Positions 1 to 9,709 are shown, counted from the first letter of the stretch. The stretch is 64,000 nt of DNA from Oligoflexales bacterium (GCA_023301465.1 JALZUQ010000030.1:16903-80902); one strand, 5' to 3'. A program made the numbers and translations. The notes: generated by a model not told the origin, from the sequence alone.

Positions 1-79
1 TAGGCCAATCAGTGGATTCTTCTGGCCAGAACCACCATCCACCCACCAAAATCAATAATATCATTGAAATTCTTTGCAT
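1..79 (-). CDS. partial CDS, N-terminus only, continues past the left edge (MQRISMILLILVGGWWFWPEESTDWP...)
   Basis: ATG at 79-77 on the minus strand followed by a hydrophobic segment, open to the window edge. No clear SD. Confidence 0.25.
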   Translation of the reverse strand, partial: MQRISMILLILVGGWWFWPEESTDWP

Positions 80-149
80 AATAAAAATTTTATATTGAAA
101 AACCAGTACTTACAACCTAAATTAGTAGTATACAAATACCAATAAAGCA

Positions 150-1115
150 ATGAAGCAGACAGGGTTGATAACAATGAAAATTTTATGGATGATAACCATT
201 CTAGCGTTTAGCTCTCAGGCTTTTAGTAAAACTGACATCAAAAAAACCAGCCAGAATGTCACAGTTTCCAAACCAATGACACTCACCGAGAAAATTGACG
301 GTTTTCTTAAAACATATGTGTCGGATAATGGTGGTGTAGACTATATCGCCATCAATAAAAAGTTTAGCGACCTCGAAAAACTTTTGTACCTCCACAAAGA
401 AATTAAGATGAAGGAATTAAGCCGTCAGTATTCAGAAAACGAGAAACTAGCAACTTATATCAACCTTTATAATATCGGGATGATCTATAACGTTTTAAAG
501 TACATGAACTCAAAAAAATTTAGACTTACTGCAAGACGATTCTACCGAAGATTGGACATCAACAACATAAAAATATCAGGCAAAGATATTTGGAGTGGAG
601 AATACACTCTTCCTTTAGGTACTCTCAAAGTGAATTTAAATGATATCGAGCATAAATTAATAAGAGGCGTTAATGCAGGATCACTATCCCCATATAAGGT
701 AGAAAAACTCGACCCTCGAATACATGCTGCTGTCAACTGTGCTGCGATAAGCTGCCCAAAACTCTCTAATAGTGCATACACCCCAGAAAAGGTACAGTCT
801 AAACTACAGCGAAGCATGGTTGACTTTTTGTCTTCTAACGAACAAATACAAAAGAAGTCTCTAAGCACTATGAGAGCAAATAAAATTCTTTATTGGTACT
901 ATGATGACTTTGATAATCACGGAAAAAAACTAGGACTTAAAGGAGCTGGTGGATATTTATCTCAATTTATAAACCCGAAAGCCAAAGACAGTAAATGGAA
1001 ACAGCAGTTTTTTAAAAACAAGTTCAACAACAGATCCAAAGCTGGATTTTTCTTTAGCTCTGACTTTGACTTCCACTACGATTGGCGACCTAACGATTCC
1101 AGAAACCTTAAATAA
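150..1115 (+). CDS. DUF547 domain-containing exported protein
   Basis: N-terminal signal-like segment. The IHAAVNCAAISCPKL motif is typical of DUF547. Start could also be Met9 (174). Confidence 0.7.
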   Translation: MKQTGLITMKILWMITILAFSSQAFSKTDIKKTSQNVTVSKPMTLTEKIDGFLKTYVSDNGGVDYIAINKKFSDLEKLLYLHKEIKMKELSRQYSENEKLATYINLYNIGMIYNVLKYMNSKKFRLTARRFYRRLDINNIKISGKDIWSGEYTLPLGTLKVNLNDIEHKLIRGVNAGSLSPYKVEKLDPRIHAAVNCAAISCPKLSNSAYTPEKVQSKLQRSMVDFLSSNEQIQKKSLSTMRANKILYWYYDDFDNHGKKLGLKGAGGYLSQFINPKAKDSKWKQQFFKNKFNNRSKAGFFFSSDFDFHYDWRPNDSRNLK

Positions 1116-1363
1116 AAGAGACTATTATTCATTCTTCAACAGCATTATTTTCAGAGATTAACAAGCACACAAAAGTTGTTCTCTTTCACGCAAACTATAT
1201 TGACAAAGACTTCTCCCTTCAAAAAGACGCTTTTATTCTTATTGAAGAAGGAGTTATTCAAAAAATCTCAAGAAAAGATCACTTTGCTGAAGACATACTG
1301 AGATTTGACTCTTCTGAGTACTATATTCTACCGGGATTTATCAATTTACACACACATTGTGCC

Positions 1364-2434
1364 ATGAATTTCCTAAAGGGGTTTCATCAAAACACAGCTG
1401 ATGTTGTGAGTGATGTATTCTTTGAAACCGAAACTCAACTAGACCTTCAAAAAGTTGAAGATTTTAGCTACGCATATATTTATGATGGTATAAGAAGTGG
1501 TGTAACGACCTTCAATGATCATTACTTCTTTAGCAAGGGGACCCAAAAAGCCCTTTCCAGCTTGGGAGCACGTGGTTTTTGCGGTGAAACCATTATGAAC
1601 GACGAAGGCCCCTTCCCCTACCCTTCTCAAATCACAGACAATCTATTAAAGACCATAGATAACGAACTCATATCACCGGTTTTAGCTCCACATGCTTCAG
1701 ACACAGTCAATGAGCAAACTTGGATAGAGCTTTCAAACCTATCCAAACAAAGCAATACACCTCTGCATTTTCATTTGGCTCAACGCTCTCATGAAAACGA
1801 AGTTACACAGTCTAAATACAAAAAATCACCCGTACAATTTCTTCACGATTTAAAAGTCCTAGGCCCTAATTGTATTGCCGTGCATCTCATTCATGTGGAC
1901 GAGAAAGATCAGCAGACACTTGTAGACTCCAAAACAAACTTAGTCATTTGTCCGGGCTCTCAAATTTTATTTGAACATGTGTCCCCACTACTCAAAAAAC
2001 TGCATGAAATTGATCATGTCAGTATTGCCACCGATTGTGCTGCATCAAACGATAGCTGTGATTTACTTGCTGAACTCAGACTAACTGCAAGTCTCTATAA
2101 ACAAGAGACGGGACAGTACCTATCTCCAAAAAAACTACTGAAAATGATTACCATCAACCCTGCAAAGGCATTAGGAGCAGAATCTCATATTGGAAGCATA
2201 GAGCAGTCTAAACAAGCAGACTTAGTTTTTTTAAAGAAAACCCCAAACTTTCTTCCAGAAGAAAGGCTTTTAGAGCACTTGATATTCAGTAATGCATCAA
2301 AAGACATTGAACATCTCATGGTTGCAGGAAAGCCAGTACTTAGCAACAAACAACCTGTGAATATGACGGAACAAGAAATATCAAAAAAATTCACATCAGC
2401 TTATAAAAATATAATATTTCCAAAAAATTTATAG
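1364..2434 (+). CDS. amidohydrolase superfamily protein (MtaD/SsnA-like deaminase/chlorohydrolase); true N-terminus probably upstream
   Basis: Amidohydrolase-like HLAQ, VHLIH and ATDCAASN segments. The PGFINLHTH metal motif is encoded in frame upstream of this ATG (see finding). Confidence 0.7.
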   Translation: MNFLKGFHQNTADVVSDVFFETETQLDLQKVEDFSYAYIYDGIRSGVTTFNDHYFFSKGTQKALSSLGARGFCGETIMNDEGPFPYPSQITDNLLKTIDNELISPVLAPHASDTVNEQTWIELSNLSKQSNTPLHFHLAQRSHENEVTQSKYKKSPVQFLHDLKVLGPNCIAVHLIHVDEKDQQTLVDSKTNLVICPGSQILFEHVSPLLKKLHEIDHVSIATDCAASNDSCDLLAELRLTASLYKQETGQYLSPKKLLKMITINPAKALGAESHIGSIEQSKQADLVFLKKTPNFLPEERLLEHLIFSNASKDIEHLMVAGKPVLSNKQPVNMTEQEISKKFTSAYKNIIFPKNL

Positions 2435-2710
2435 CTTGCCAAAAATTGGTACAAATAAAGCAGAATACAAAAGTAAAAAAGCACCAATAAGAAACGGCCA
2501 TAATGTTAAGTGCATACCAACCACTCGAAGCTTAAGGTTTTTTGTTTTTTTGAAGTTCATCAAACCTCGAAAATGGAGCAACCTACCCACAAAAAACAAA
2601 ACTGCAATAGGTATACAAAGATACGAAACATTCTTTAAATTTAACTCTAACAACAAAATGAGAATGACTGATAAAGGAGCGTATGAGACAAAATTACTAT
2701 GAGCACTCAC
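2429..2710 (-). CDS. MAPEG family membrane protein, N-terminally short
   Basis: AHSNFVSYAPL...GRLLHFRG resembles the C-terminal two thirds of YecN-type MAPEG proteins. Only 43 nt separate it from the upstream gene. Confidence 0.45.
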   Translation of the reverse strand: MSAHSNFVSYAPLSVILILLLELNLKNVSYLCIPIAVLFFVGRLLHFRGLMNFKKTKNLKLRVVGMHLTLWPFLIGAFLLLYSALFVPIFGKL

Positions 2711-2753
2711 GACGTATGGAAGTAATATACGTGATAAATTCCTAGTTCATTCC

Positions 2754-3365
2754 TTATCTTACATAAGGTTGTTTTTTAATAAATTGAGGGCTGTAATAGC
2801 TATCCAAACCAGAAATACAAACAACGTTACTTTTACGAAAGTCAACGGTACTATCTGCAGCTAATATTTTTGTATCAATATGCAAATCAACCATTTTTCC
2901 AATAACGAGAACCGTTTCGTTAATCTTGATATGGTGTTCTTCTTCAAATTTCATCCCAAACTTTAAAGGGCTTTCTTGGACATATGGAACTGAAAAATCA
3001 TTGAGATATTCTTCTTGAAACCCACAAGCCTCAAACTCAGAGGTTTCTTTATCAAAACCTCGTGACGTCTCATGAGCGTTTTTTATAAATGGTGAGGAAA
3101 TAGCATTGATCGTATAAAATCCGGTTTCTTTGATATTTTCGTAAGTATGACGACTCACAAATGTGGGCCTCGTTGTAAAACCTACGATTGGAGGATGAGA
3201 CCCATAATGAGTCACAGAACTAAAAATAGCTAGATTGGTGCCAACCTCACCCTTTGTTGCAATAAGATTAGCACTTTTAAAACCTGTTATTGAATTGATG
3301 AGATTAAGCCTTGGAACTTTATCCAAATTCATAATCTCATCAAAAGTAAAAGTCTTAGTTTCCAT
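2754..3365 (-). CDS. flavin reductase family protein (FMN-binding split barrel)
   Basis: Length and the NLAIFSSVTHYGSHPPIVGF pattern are typical of the flavin reductase-like domain. Confidence 0.55.
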   Translation of the reverse strand: METKTFTFDEIMNLDKVPRLNLINSITGFKSANLIATKGEVGTNLAIFSSVTHYGSHPPIVGFTTRPTFVSRHTYENIKETGFYTINAISSPFIKNAHETSRGFDKETSEFEACGFQEEYLNDFSVPYVQESPLKFGMKFEEEHHIKINETVLVIGKMVDLHIDTKILAADSTVDFRKSNVVCISGLDSYYSPQFIKKQPYVR

Positions 3366-3675
3366 CTTGCTTGCCGGCTAGTGCATCTTGAAGTTTCTTG
3401 ATTCCTTTAAAACCAATGACTTTGGATTGCATCGCACCATTTTTGAAGACAAAGAAAACCGGAAGAACTTCAGTACCAGTAATCTCCATGATTTCTGGAT
3501 GTTCTTCAGTGTTTATTTTAACAAATTTAAAGTTATCAGCTTCTTTTTCTTCTAAGCGTGAAGTAGCAGATTCAGATAACTTGCAAGCACCACAACCGGG
3601 CTTCCATAGCTTGAGGAAAATACTCTTACCACCGTCTAGAGATTCTTTTAGATCTTTTGGGGTCCAGTCTTCCAT
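3355..3675 (-). CDS. thioredoxin-like protein (WKPGCGACK active site)
   Basis: CxxC thioredoxin motif. Start refined to Met27, preceded by AAGGAGG; the longer ORF would overlap the upstream gene. Confidence 0.65.
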   Translation of the reverse strand: MEDWTPKDLKESLDGGKSIFLKLWKPGCGACKLSESATSRLEEKEADNFKFVKINTEEHPEIMEITGTEVLPVFFVFKNGAMQSKVIGFKGIKKLQDALAGKQDGN

Positions 3676-3685
3676 GACTCCTCCT

Positions 3686-4243
3686 TTATGAGACTTCTGT
3701 AACTTTTCCTGTTGCCATATCACAAACCGCTGCAACGATCTTAAAGCTACCACTTTCTACGCTTTCACGGATACCTTGGCTCTTTTCCATCAACGCAGCT
3801 TTTGTTGCCAACGCATGCTCTGCGATTGCTTTTGCAAGATGGTCATCACTGGTTTTTGTTTTTTCAACAGCTGGCATAATATGCTTCACAAGGGTTTTGA
3901 GTGCCGGGGTTGGTGCTTGATCATTTTCATTAAAACACCTTAAAGCCTCGCCGACTGCACCACATTTGGAATGCCCCATCACGATACACAACGGTGTTTT
4001 AAGTACTAAACAAGCATACTCTATGGACGCAAGTGCAACATCGTCAACAACATTTCCCGCTGTACGAATCACAAATAATTCACCCACAGATTTTTTTTGA
4101 AAAATTACTTCAGGTGGAACCCTTGAGTCAGAACATGAAACAATAATAGCTTCAGGGTTTTGACCTTTAGCATCTAATGATTTTAAAACTTCATTGGTAG
4201 AACTACCCAAAAAACCTTCATTTGAGGAAATTAGATTCTGCAT
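3686..4243 (-). CDS. beta-class carbonic anhydrase
   Basis: CSDSRVPPE and GHSKCGAV zinc-ligand motifs. Confidence 0.8.
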   Translation of the reverse strand: MQNLISSNEGFLGSSTNEVLKSLDAKGQNPEAIIVSCSDSRVPPEVIFQKKSVGELFVIRTAGNVVDDVALASIEYACLVLKTPLCIVMGHSKCGAVGEALRCFNENDQAPTPALKTLVKHIMPAVEKTKTSDDHLAKAIAEHALATKAALMEKSQGIRESVESGSFKIVAAVCDMATGKVTEVS

Positions 4244-4457
4244 TTTCAGATCCTTATATTTTGTTGAATATTAACCATAACTTATTGCTATATTGTCAAT
4301 AATTCACATATTATTCAACTCAAAACACTCTTAAAGCCTCCTACTAAATCAACTTTAAAATGCTTTAGAATACAATGCTTTTTAATTGATTTCTAATGTA
4401 TTTTATATTAGGATTTTGCACATATCTCAATGTATTGTTTTTCTAGAAAGGACCATC

Positions 4458-5555
4458 ATGAATAGAAAATTTGCCATCGTAGGTATTATCGTACTGGGGC
4501 TTTTAACACTTGCTTACTCTTCTGGCCGGTACTACATCGCTCAAAACATTGACGAGACCCTAGAAAAAATCGAAAAAAGATTTACTGGTGTTGACCTTGA
4601 ATACAAAGACTTCTCAATTGATCCCTTAGGGATGGAGTTAGTATTACACGACGTATCAATGAACTATAATAAAGAGTTTATTGCAAATCTACTTGCGTCT
4701 TTTGACAACGGAAAACAGACCATAGACGATGAAACCCTTAAGTTACTAGATAGCGTCACTTTTACAATTGACGATCTTGCTTACCGTAAGTGCGATTTTA
4801 ATCATGCAGTTCCACGCTTTTGTGAAGCAAGCTTTAACAATATGATGGTAAATGTTGATCACCCTGAATGGGATAAAGTAAAAGAGAAAATATCTGAAAT
4901 TGTCGGTGGACCACTTGAGGTTGATGGTGAAATCAACCAAATCTTTAACGAAAAAGAAAACATTCTCACATCAAATGTTAGCTACAGCATCAATAAAGAT
5001 TTTTCAGCAATGGAAATCAACCAAAAAGTAAGCATGGATTTTGATAAGCTAGATCAAATCGTTGGTGAACTTCAAAAACTAGACACCCAATCTATAGATC
5101 AAGAAGCTTTAACTCAAATGTTTATGCAAAATCTGTCTGTTTTTACAGAAATGGAACTTGGTCAAATGGGCATGAAGATCACTGGATCAAAATCATGGAA
5201 CTTACTTCTCGCTCGAATACTAGAAGAACAAGAAAATTCTGAAGCAGCAAATGCAATGGATTTTGATACACTTCGTAGTAGTAAGTATATGGATGGAGAA
5301 ACAAGGTGGGACTTTATAAAAGATATTGTAACAGGAAATCCAATGTTACAAAAAGCTGAATATGCCGGGTTAGTTCCATTTATTAAAGACTTCATCAAAA
5401 ACCCCGATTCTCTTTCGATTGAATACAAAAGCGATAAGATGAAAAACCTTATGACTTTATTTCTTGAAAACTCAGCGATTCCTGTCACGGACGGACTAAA
5501 ATTAAAAGAGCGTGGTATCTCTTTTGAAATCAATAACAAAGCTGTTGACTTATAA
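4458..5555 (+). CDS. hypothetical membrane-anchored protein
   Basis: Start refined to MNRKFAIVGIIVLGLL (TM anchor) with AAAGGA upstream. No recognised domain. Confidence 0.5.
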   Translation: MNRKFAIVGIIVLGLLTLAYSSGRYYIAQNIDETLEKIEKRFTGVDLEYKDFSIDPLGMELVLHDVSMNYNKEFIANLLASFDNGKQTIDDETLKLLDSVTFTIDDLAYRKCDFNHAVPRFCEASFNNMMVNVDHPEWDKVKEKISEIVGGPLEVDGEINQIFNEKENILTSNVSYSINKDFSAMEINQKVSMDFDKLDQIVGELQKLDTQSIDQEALTQMFMQNLSVFTEMELGQMGMKITGSKSWNLLLARILEEQENSEAANAMDFDTLRSSKYMDGETRWDFIKDIVTGNPMLQKAEYAGLVPFIKDFIKNPDSLSIEYKSDKMKNLMTLFLENSAIPVTDGLKLKERGISFEINNKAVDL

Positions 5556-5586
5556 GTCTTTAGCTCCCATTCATACCTATATCATA

Positions 5587-5626
5587 GAGCCTGTTACAAA
5601 TTAAACTGTAACAGGCTCTTGTTTTT
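5587..5626 (+). terminator. rho-independent terminator after 4458..5555
   Basis: 12-bp perfect stem GAGCCTGTTACA/TGTAACAGGCTC followed by TTGTTTTT. Confidence 0.6.
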
Positions 5627-5656
5627 AGACAATCAAACATATGTCCCTACCTTGTA

Positions 5657-5836
5657 TTAGAATGGACGATGCCTCATAGAAGCCTCTGCTTTTTGGTGTT
5701 GTCTATGATGTTGGTACTCTAGACGTTCTTGCTCACTTGCAAATTTCTTAGGTGTACTCCTATAGAAACTTACGAATGAGAACATTCGTCTCCAATGTAA
5801 TCGTTTTAGACGGTTTAACGCCTTTGCACGTATCAT
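5657..5836 (-). CDS. small basic hypothetical protein, 59 aa (MIRAKALNRLKRLHWRRMFSF...)
   Basis: ATG preceded by AAGGAGA with a 5-nt spacer. One codon below the ORF-track cutoff. Arg/Lys/His-rich. Confidence 0.4.
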   Translation of the reverse strand: MIRAKALNRLKRLHWRRMFSFVSFYRSTPKKFASEQERLEYQHHRQHQKAEASMRHRPF

Positions 5837-5951
5837 GCTATTCTCCTTAGTAATCTTTTAGATCATGCAAATACTAGATCAAAAAGATGAATCAATAAAA
5901 ATAAGTTGGGGAATTAGTCTTAAGAGACCGAAGAAGCCTTAAACAATATGA

Positions 5952-6008
5952 TCAGAGAGATCTCATTGCCGAAGGTTTCTTGGTCAATGTAATAATATAA
6001 TCAATCAT
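5952..6008 (-). CDS. 18-codon small ORF (MIDYIITLTKKPSAMRSL)
   Basis: AAGGAGG SD 5 nt upstream of the ATG, about 115 nt upstream of the 59-aa ORF on the same strand. Confidence 0.3.
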   Translation of the reverse strand: MIDYIITLTKKPSAMRSL

Positions 6009-6105
6009 AGGAACCTCCTTTCAGTGTGTAAATTAAGCATACTAAAATGACTTACCAAGTGCAAACTTTCTTTTCATGTTAAAATATATTGAAGGAGGGT
6101 TTCTA

Positions 6106-6435
6106 ATGAAAATGAAAAAACTATATATTGCTGAGTCAACTCATGACGCCCACATCACACAAGACCTTTTAAAACAAAGAGGCCACGAAACAGAAATGAG
6201 AGACGCAAACCTTGCATCAACCTTTGGTCAAATACCTTTAAAAGCAGTAAAAACAACGCTATGGGTCACTGAAGAACTTTATGCAGACGCAAAAAAAGCC
6301 TTAACCGAAATAAAAAGCACCCCAGAGAAAGAATATAAACCATGGAATTGCCATCGCTGCGGTGAAAGCATTGAAGGCAACCTTCTAGAGTGCTGGAATT
6401 GTTCTGCCGAAAAGTTCGCTCATTCTCACAAGTAA
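6106..6435 (+). CDS. DUF2007-like domain protein with C-terminal CxxC...CxxC zinc ribbon
   Basis: GGAGGG SD before MKMKKLYIAES. C-terminal CHRCG...CWNC. Confidence 0.5.
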   Translation: MKMKKLYIAESTHDAHITQDLLKQRGHETEMRDANLASTFGQIPLKAVKTTLWVTEELYADAKKALTEIKSTPEKEYKPWNCHRCGESIEGNLLECWNCSAEKFAHSHK

Positions 6436-6436
6436 A

Positions 6437-7204
6437 CTAATCTTTCACGACAATCTGAACTGATTTCCCGTCTTTTTTCTTAAATAAGCAGTAGTCTTGA
6501 AAGATAAAAAGAAACATCAACAAAAACAACCATGATGAATGAAGTGGTACAACGTGCCAACCAAAAATTTCAAAATTACCCTTATGAAGTCCTTCGCCAA
6601 TCAATACAACACCAATTAAAGCTAATATTTGAAGACCAGTAAAAGTAAAAAGTTCGAATTTTTCTAAAAATGCAGACAAGCGATCTGCCAAAGCGATCAT
6701 AACGATGACTGATATAGAGATTGAAACAATCATGACCCATAGAATATCGGTAAGTGCAATCGCAGTTAAAATAGAATCAATTGAAAAGATAACGTTTAAG
6801 ATAACAATTTGAGTAATCACTGAACGAGTTGTCGCAGGCTTTTCGTTTTCTCCATCTGAGTGTGCAAGGTGAGCTTTTTTTGCTAGATGAATCATCTCAG
6901 TAACACTTTCAAAACATAGAAAGATACCGCCGCCAACCATGACTAACACTTCGAAACTCAAATCACCGCCAATCCAATCAAGGTGAAGACCCCAAAAAGG
7001 TTCAGTCATTGCTTTCATCGCATAATAAAGAACGAATAATAATATAATACGAGCAGCTCCAGCCATGATGACGCCAATATTTCTAGCAAACGCTCTCTTT
7101 TCTTTGGGTAGTTTATTTGCCTCAATAGAAATAAAAAGAGCATTATCTATTCCAAAGATAAGCTGCATCATTGTCAATAAGAATAAAGGGAATATCCAGT
7201 CCAT
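6437..7204 (-). CDS. TerC family integral membrane protein
   Basis: FGIDNALFISI and FSIDSILTA TerC signatures. Start refined to MDWIFPLF, preceded by GAGGAG. Confidence 0.75.
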   Translation of the reverse strand: MDWIFPLFLLTMMQLIFGIDNALFISIEANKLPKEKRAFARNIGVIMAGAARIILLFVLYYAMKAMTEPFWGLHLDWIGGDLSFEVLVMVGGGIFLCFESVTEMIHLAKKAHLAHSDGENEKPATTRSVITQIVILNVIFSIDSILTAIALTDILWVMIVSISISVIVMIALADRLSAFLEKFELFTFTGLQILALIGVVLIGEGLHKGNFEIFGWHVVPLHSSWLFLLMFLFIFQDYCLFKKKDGKSVQIVVKD

Positions 7205-7273
7205 TAAAAGCTCCTCAAATACAAGTTTTGATAATAGCTTAATAGAAAACACTCAAATATCCAAATTTACAGC

Positions 7274-7307
7274 TAAAACAACAAGGCCCTGCATGATGCA
7301 AGGCCTT
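7274..7307 (-). terminator. rho-independent terminator after the lipoprotein gene 7333..7830
   Basis: Minus strand AAGGCCTTGCA-TCA-TGCAGGGCCTT (11 bp, one G-U) followed by GTTGTTTT. Confidence 0.55.
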
Positions 7308-7332
7308 AGTATTAAGTTGATGTTTATATTTT

Positions 7333-7830
7333 TTAGAAACCACCACTGATTAGACCGCAAACAACCGAGATAATCGCACCAGCTGTTGCACACCTATCAC
7401 CAGTACCAAGTGAGGATCCTAAACCACCAGTACCAAGCGAAGACCCTAAACCACCCGTTAAGTCTGAAAGGCCAGAGCTACCACCGATTGTAAACGCTGA
7501 GCCATCTCCAGTATCAATGGTCAAACCACCACTTGAACCTGACCCAATACTAATATCTGATTCACTACCTAGGGAACTACCAGAAGTTGTACCAGTTGGT
7601 AAAAGTGTACCTGATGCTGCTAAATCATCCGACGTAGTTGATGTTGATAGCCCATCATCAAATGAATCATCTGCAACTGTTGGTGTAAGCTCTTCATCAA
7701 AAGGAGATGAGGTATCAGTCCCAGCTACAATTCCTGCTGGTGAACCACTGTTAGAATCTAATGTAGGCTCTGCTGGTTCTTCACCACAACTAATCATAAA
7801 CCCTAGTAATAAAATATAAGCGTATCTCAT
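7333..7830 (-). CDS. Ser/Gly/Thr/Asp-rich low-complexity lipoprotein
   Basis: Lipobox LGFMISC. Internal tandem GGLGSSLGTG x2. Confidence 0.6.
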   Translation of the reverse strand: MRYAYILLLGFMISCGEEPAEPTLDSNSGSPAGIVAGTDTSSPFDEELTPTVADDSFDDGLSTSTTSDDLAASGTLLPTGTTSGSSLGSESDISIGSGSSGGLTIDTGDGSAFTIGGSSGLSDLTGGLGSSLGTGGLGSSLGTGDRCATAGAIISVVCGLISGGF

Positions 7831-8012
7831 GTGCTCTCCTCTAAAATAAAGCGTCTCTTCAACTTAAATATATACGATGTTCAAAGGTCTTATCGGCAAC
7901 ACATGAGGCAAGATATAACTACAGAGAATAAACTTGTAATTACAAATACTTAAAGAGCCTTTTTTTTAGAGATATGTATAAGTTTTTAAGGACAGCAAAA
8001 ACAGGACAAGCC

Positions 8013-8723
8013 TTAGATGCCTTTCAAGACACGATCTTTTCTAAACCCTGATTGTTCTTTGTCACCATTACCAACTTGCTGGTCACTCCAAAGAACACAA
8101 AGTGCCTTTGCAATAATATCTTTTCTAGAGATCACACCAAAAGAACGAGAGTCATTTGTATCAGAGCGTTTATCGCTTAGAACAAAAACTTTATCTTCGT
8201 CAATTTTTATAGGACCCCACTCAAACCATGCATCATTATCAGAGTCAAAATTGAGCTGATAAGATTTTTGATAAATGACTTCTTTGCCTGTTTCATCAGA
8301 TACCGGTTTATCATTTAAGTAAAGGATACCACCTATCACCTGAACTTTATCGCCGGGAATGCCAACAACTCTTTTTACATAATACAACGAAGGGATATGT
8401 GGATTGCGAAAAATAACAATATCTCCACGCACAGGATAAGCCCAACTATAAATCGGTGTTTTCTGAAAAGGCAGAGTCAAGCCATACGCTAATTTATAGC
8501 CAAGGAGACGATCTCCAGATTGAACCGTCGGATTCATGGATCCAGTTGGCACGTAATAAGGGGAAATAATAGACCAGCGAGCAATAAAAATAATGACGAA
8601 AGCAACTAACAAAGAAAACCAAAAAGGTTTCTTGTTCACTTTTCTATACTCCCTTTCGACAGCAGAACCATCAAGATCCGCTAAATCAGAAAGTGTTTCT
8701 TCATTAGAGCTATAACGTGTCAT
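8013..8723 (-). CDS. lepB: signal peptidase I
   Basis: GSMNPTV (catalytic Ser), YVKRVVGIPGD (catalytic Lys) and the DSRSFG box. Confidence 0.85.
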   Translation of the reverse strand: MTRYSSNEETLSDLADLDGSAVEREYRKVNKKPFWFSLLVAFVIIFIARWSIISPYYVPTGSMNPTVQSGDRLLGYKLAYGLTLPFQKTPIYSWAYPVRGDIVIFRNPHIPSLYYVKRVVGIPGDKVQVIGGILYLNDKPVSDETGKEVIYQKSYQLNFDSDNDAWFEWGPIKIDEDKVFVLSDKRSDTNDSRSFGVISRKDIIAKALCVLWSDQQVGNGDKEQSGFRKDRVLKGI

Positions 8724-9694
8724 TGTATCTTTGGTATCACCTTATTATTTAATGTCACACCTACTTTGGTAATAATATCTGCAGCAATAAGGGCTGCGTT
8801 ATTACCGCATGTAGTTAAGTCTTTTCCAGCTGCATAGCTATGTAAAAAACCAGCTGCAAAACTATCACCGGCACCTGTTGTGTCTACGACATCAACCCTG
8901 CATGGCTCTATATCAAACCGCTTCTCACCTTGAATAATCACAGCACCTTTTGATCCACGCTTTAAAACTGCTATCTTTGTCATGTCTTTAAGCTTTGCAG
9001 CTTGTTGTTCTAAAGTTCCTTCAACCAACATGTTTGTTTCTTCTTCATTTGCAAAAACAATATCTGCATAGTCGTTGATTGCTCCCAGAAGCTCTTCACG
9101 AAAGTTCTGAACTACAAATGGGTCAGCCACATCAAGACTGACCAAACATCCGTTTTCTTTTGCTTTCTTCATGCTCGCATAAGCGGCTTCTTTGAGGTTT
9201 GGAAGCGTCCACATATATCCAGACAAATGGAAAATAGATGTTTTTTTGAAGAAGTCATCATTTAGTTGGTTTTGGTTGAGTTGTGAGGCAGCACCTAAGT
9301 GAGTAACCATTGTACGTTCACCGTCAGGGGTAATAAGCACAAAGCAAGTACCAGAATGATGGTCGGATGATTTGACACTATGGTCTTGAATTCCTAAGTC
9401 TTTCATTCTCGCTGCCATTGCATTGCCTACTTCATCTTCACCAATACAGCCCATGAATTTTGTTTGGTTTCCAAGAATACTAAGAATACGAATCGCATTT
9501 AAACACGTACCACCAAGCTCTCTTGTTGGACTCGAATTATTGGTAGACTCCATAACGCTTTGTTGAAGTTTCTCGTCAGCGAGCAACATCGTGCCTTTAT
9601 GTAAATCGTGTTTTGCTAAGAAATCATCATCTACTTGAACTAAAAAATCCATCAATGGAGAACAAACACTAGATATAAATGGTCTTTCTGTCAC
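8720..9694 (-). CDS. PfkB family carbohydrate/adenosine kinase
   Basis: DTTGAGDSFAAGF signature. 4-nt overlap with lepB. Confidence 0.75.
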   Translation of the reverse strand: MTERPFISSVCSPLMDFLVQVDDDFLAKHDLHKGTMLLADEKLQQSVMESTNNSSPTRELGGTCLNAIRILSILGNQTKFMGCIGEDEVGNAMAARMKDLGIQDHSVKSSDHHSGTCFVLITPDGERTMVTHLGAASQLNQNQLNDDFFKKTSIFHLSGYMWTLPNLKEAAYASMKKAKENGCLVSLDVADPFVVQNFREELLGAINDYADIVFANEEETNMLVEGTLEQQAAKLKDMTKIAVLKRGSKGAVIIQGEKRFDIEPCRVDVVDTTGAGDSFAAGFLHSYAAGKDLTTCGNNAALIAADIITKVGVTLNNKVIPKIQ

Positions 9695-9709
9695 ACTACC
9701 CTCACTTTA

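Noticed and set aside
2429-2753. Short MAPEG ORF considered as a truncated pseudogene of the 11565..11948 paralog
   Set aside because: The first TM helix is missing and only 43 nt lie upstream. However, the frame is intact with an ATG, so I cannot distinguish a short functional variant from a remnant without alignments.
7205-7332. Looked for a yybP-ykoY (Mn2+) riboswitch upstream of the TerC-family gene
   Set aside because: Only about 130 nt are available. Most of that is the terminator hairpin of the upstream lipoprotein gene plus the SD, and I saw no conserved riboswitch core.
7517-7819. Long antisense ORFs inside real genes. Examples: 7517..7819, 16063..16428, 43582..43953, 45797..46141, 29804..30052 and 62204..62509
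   Set aside because: Each is fully embedded opposite a gene with strong family motifs (lipoprotein, feoB, miaA, mutL, transporter, sigma54 activator). None has an SD or recognisable domain.
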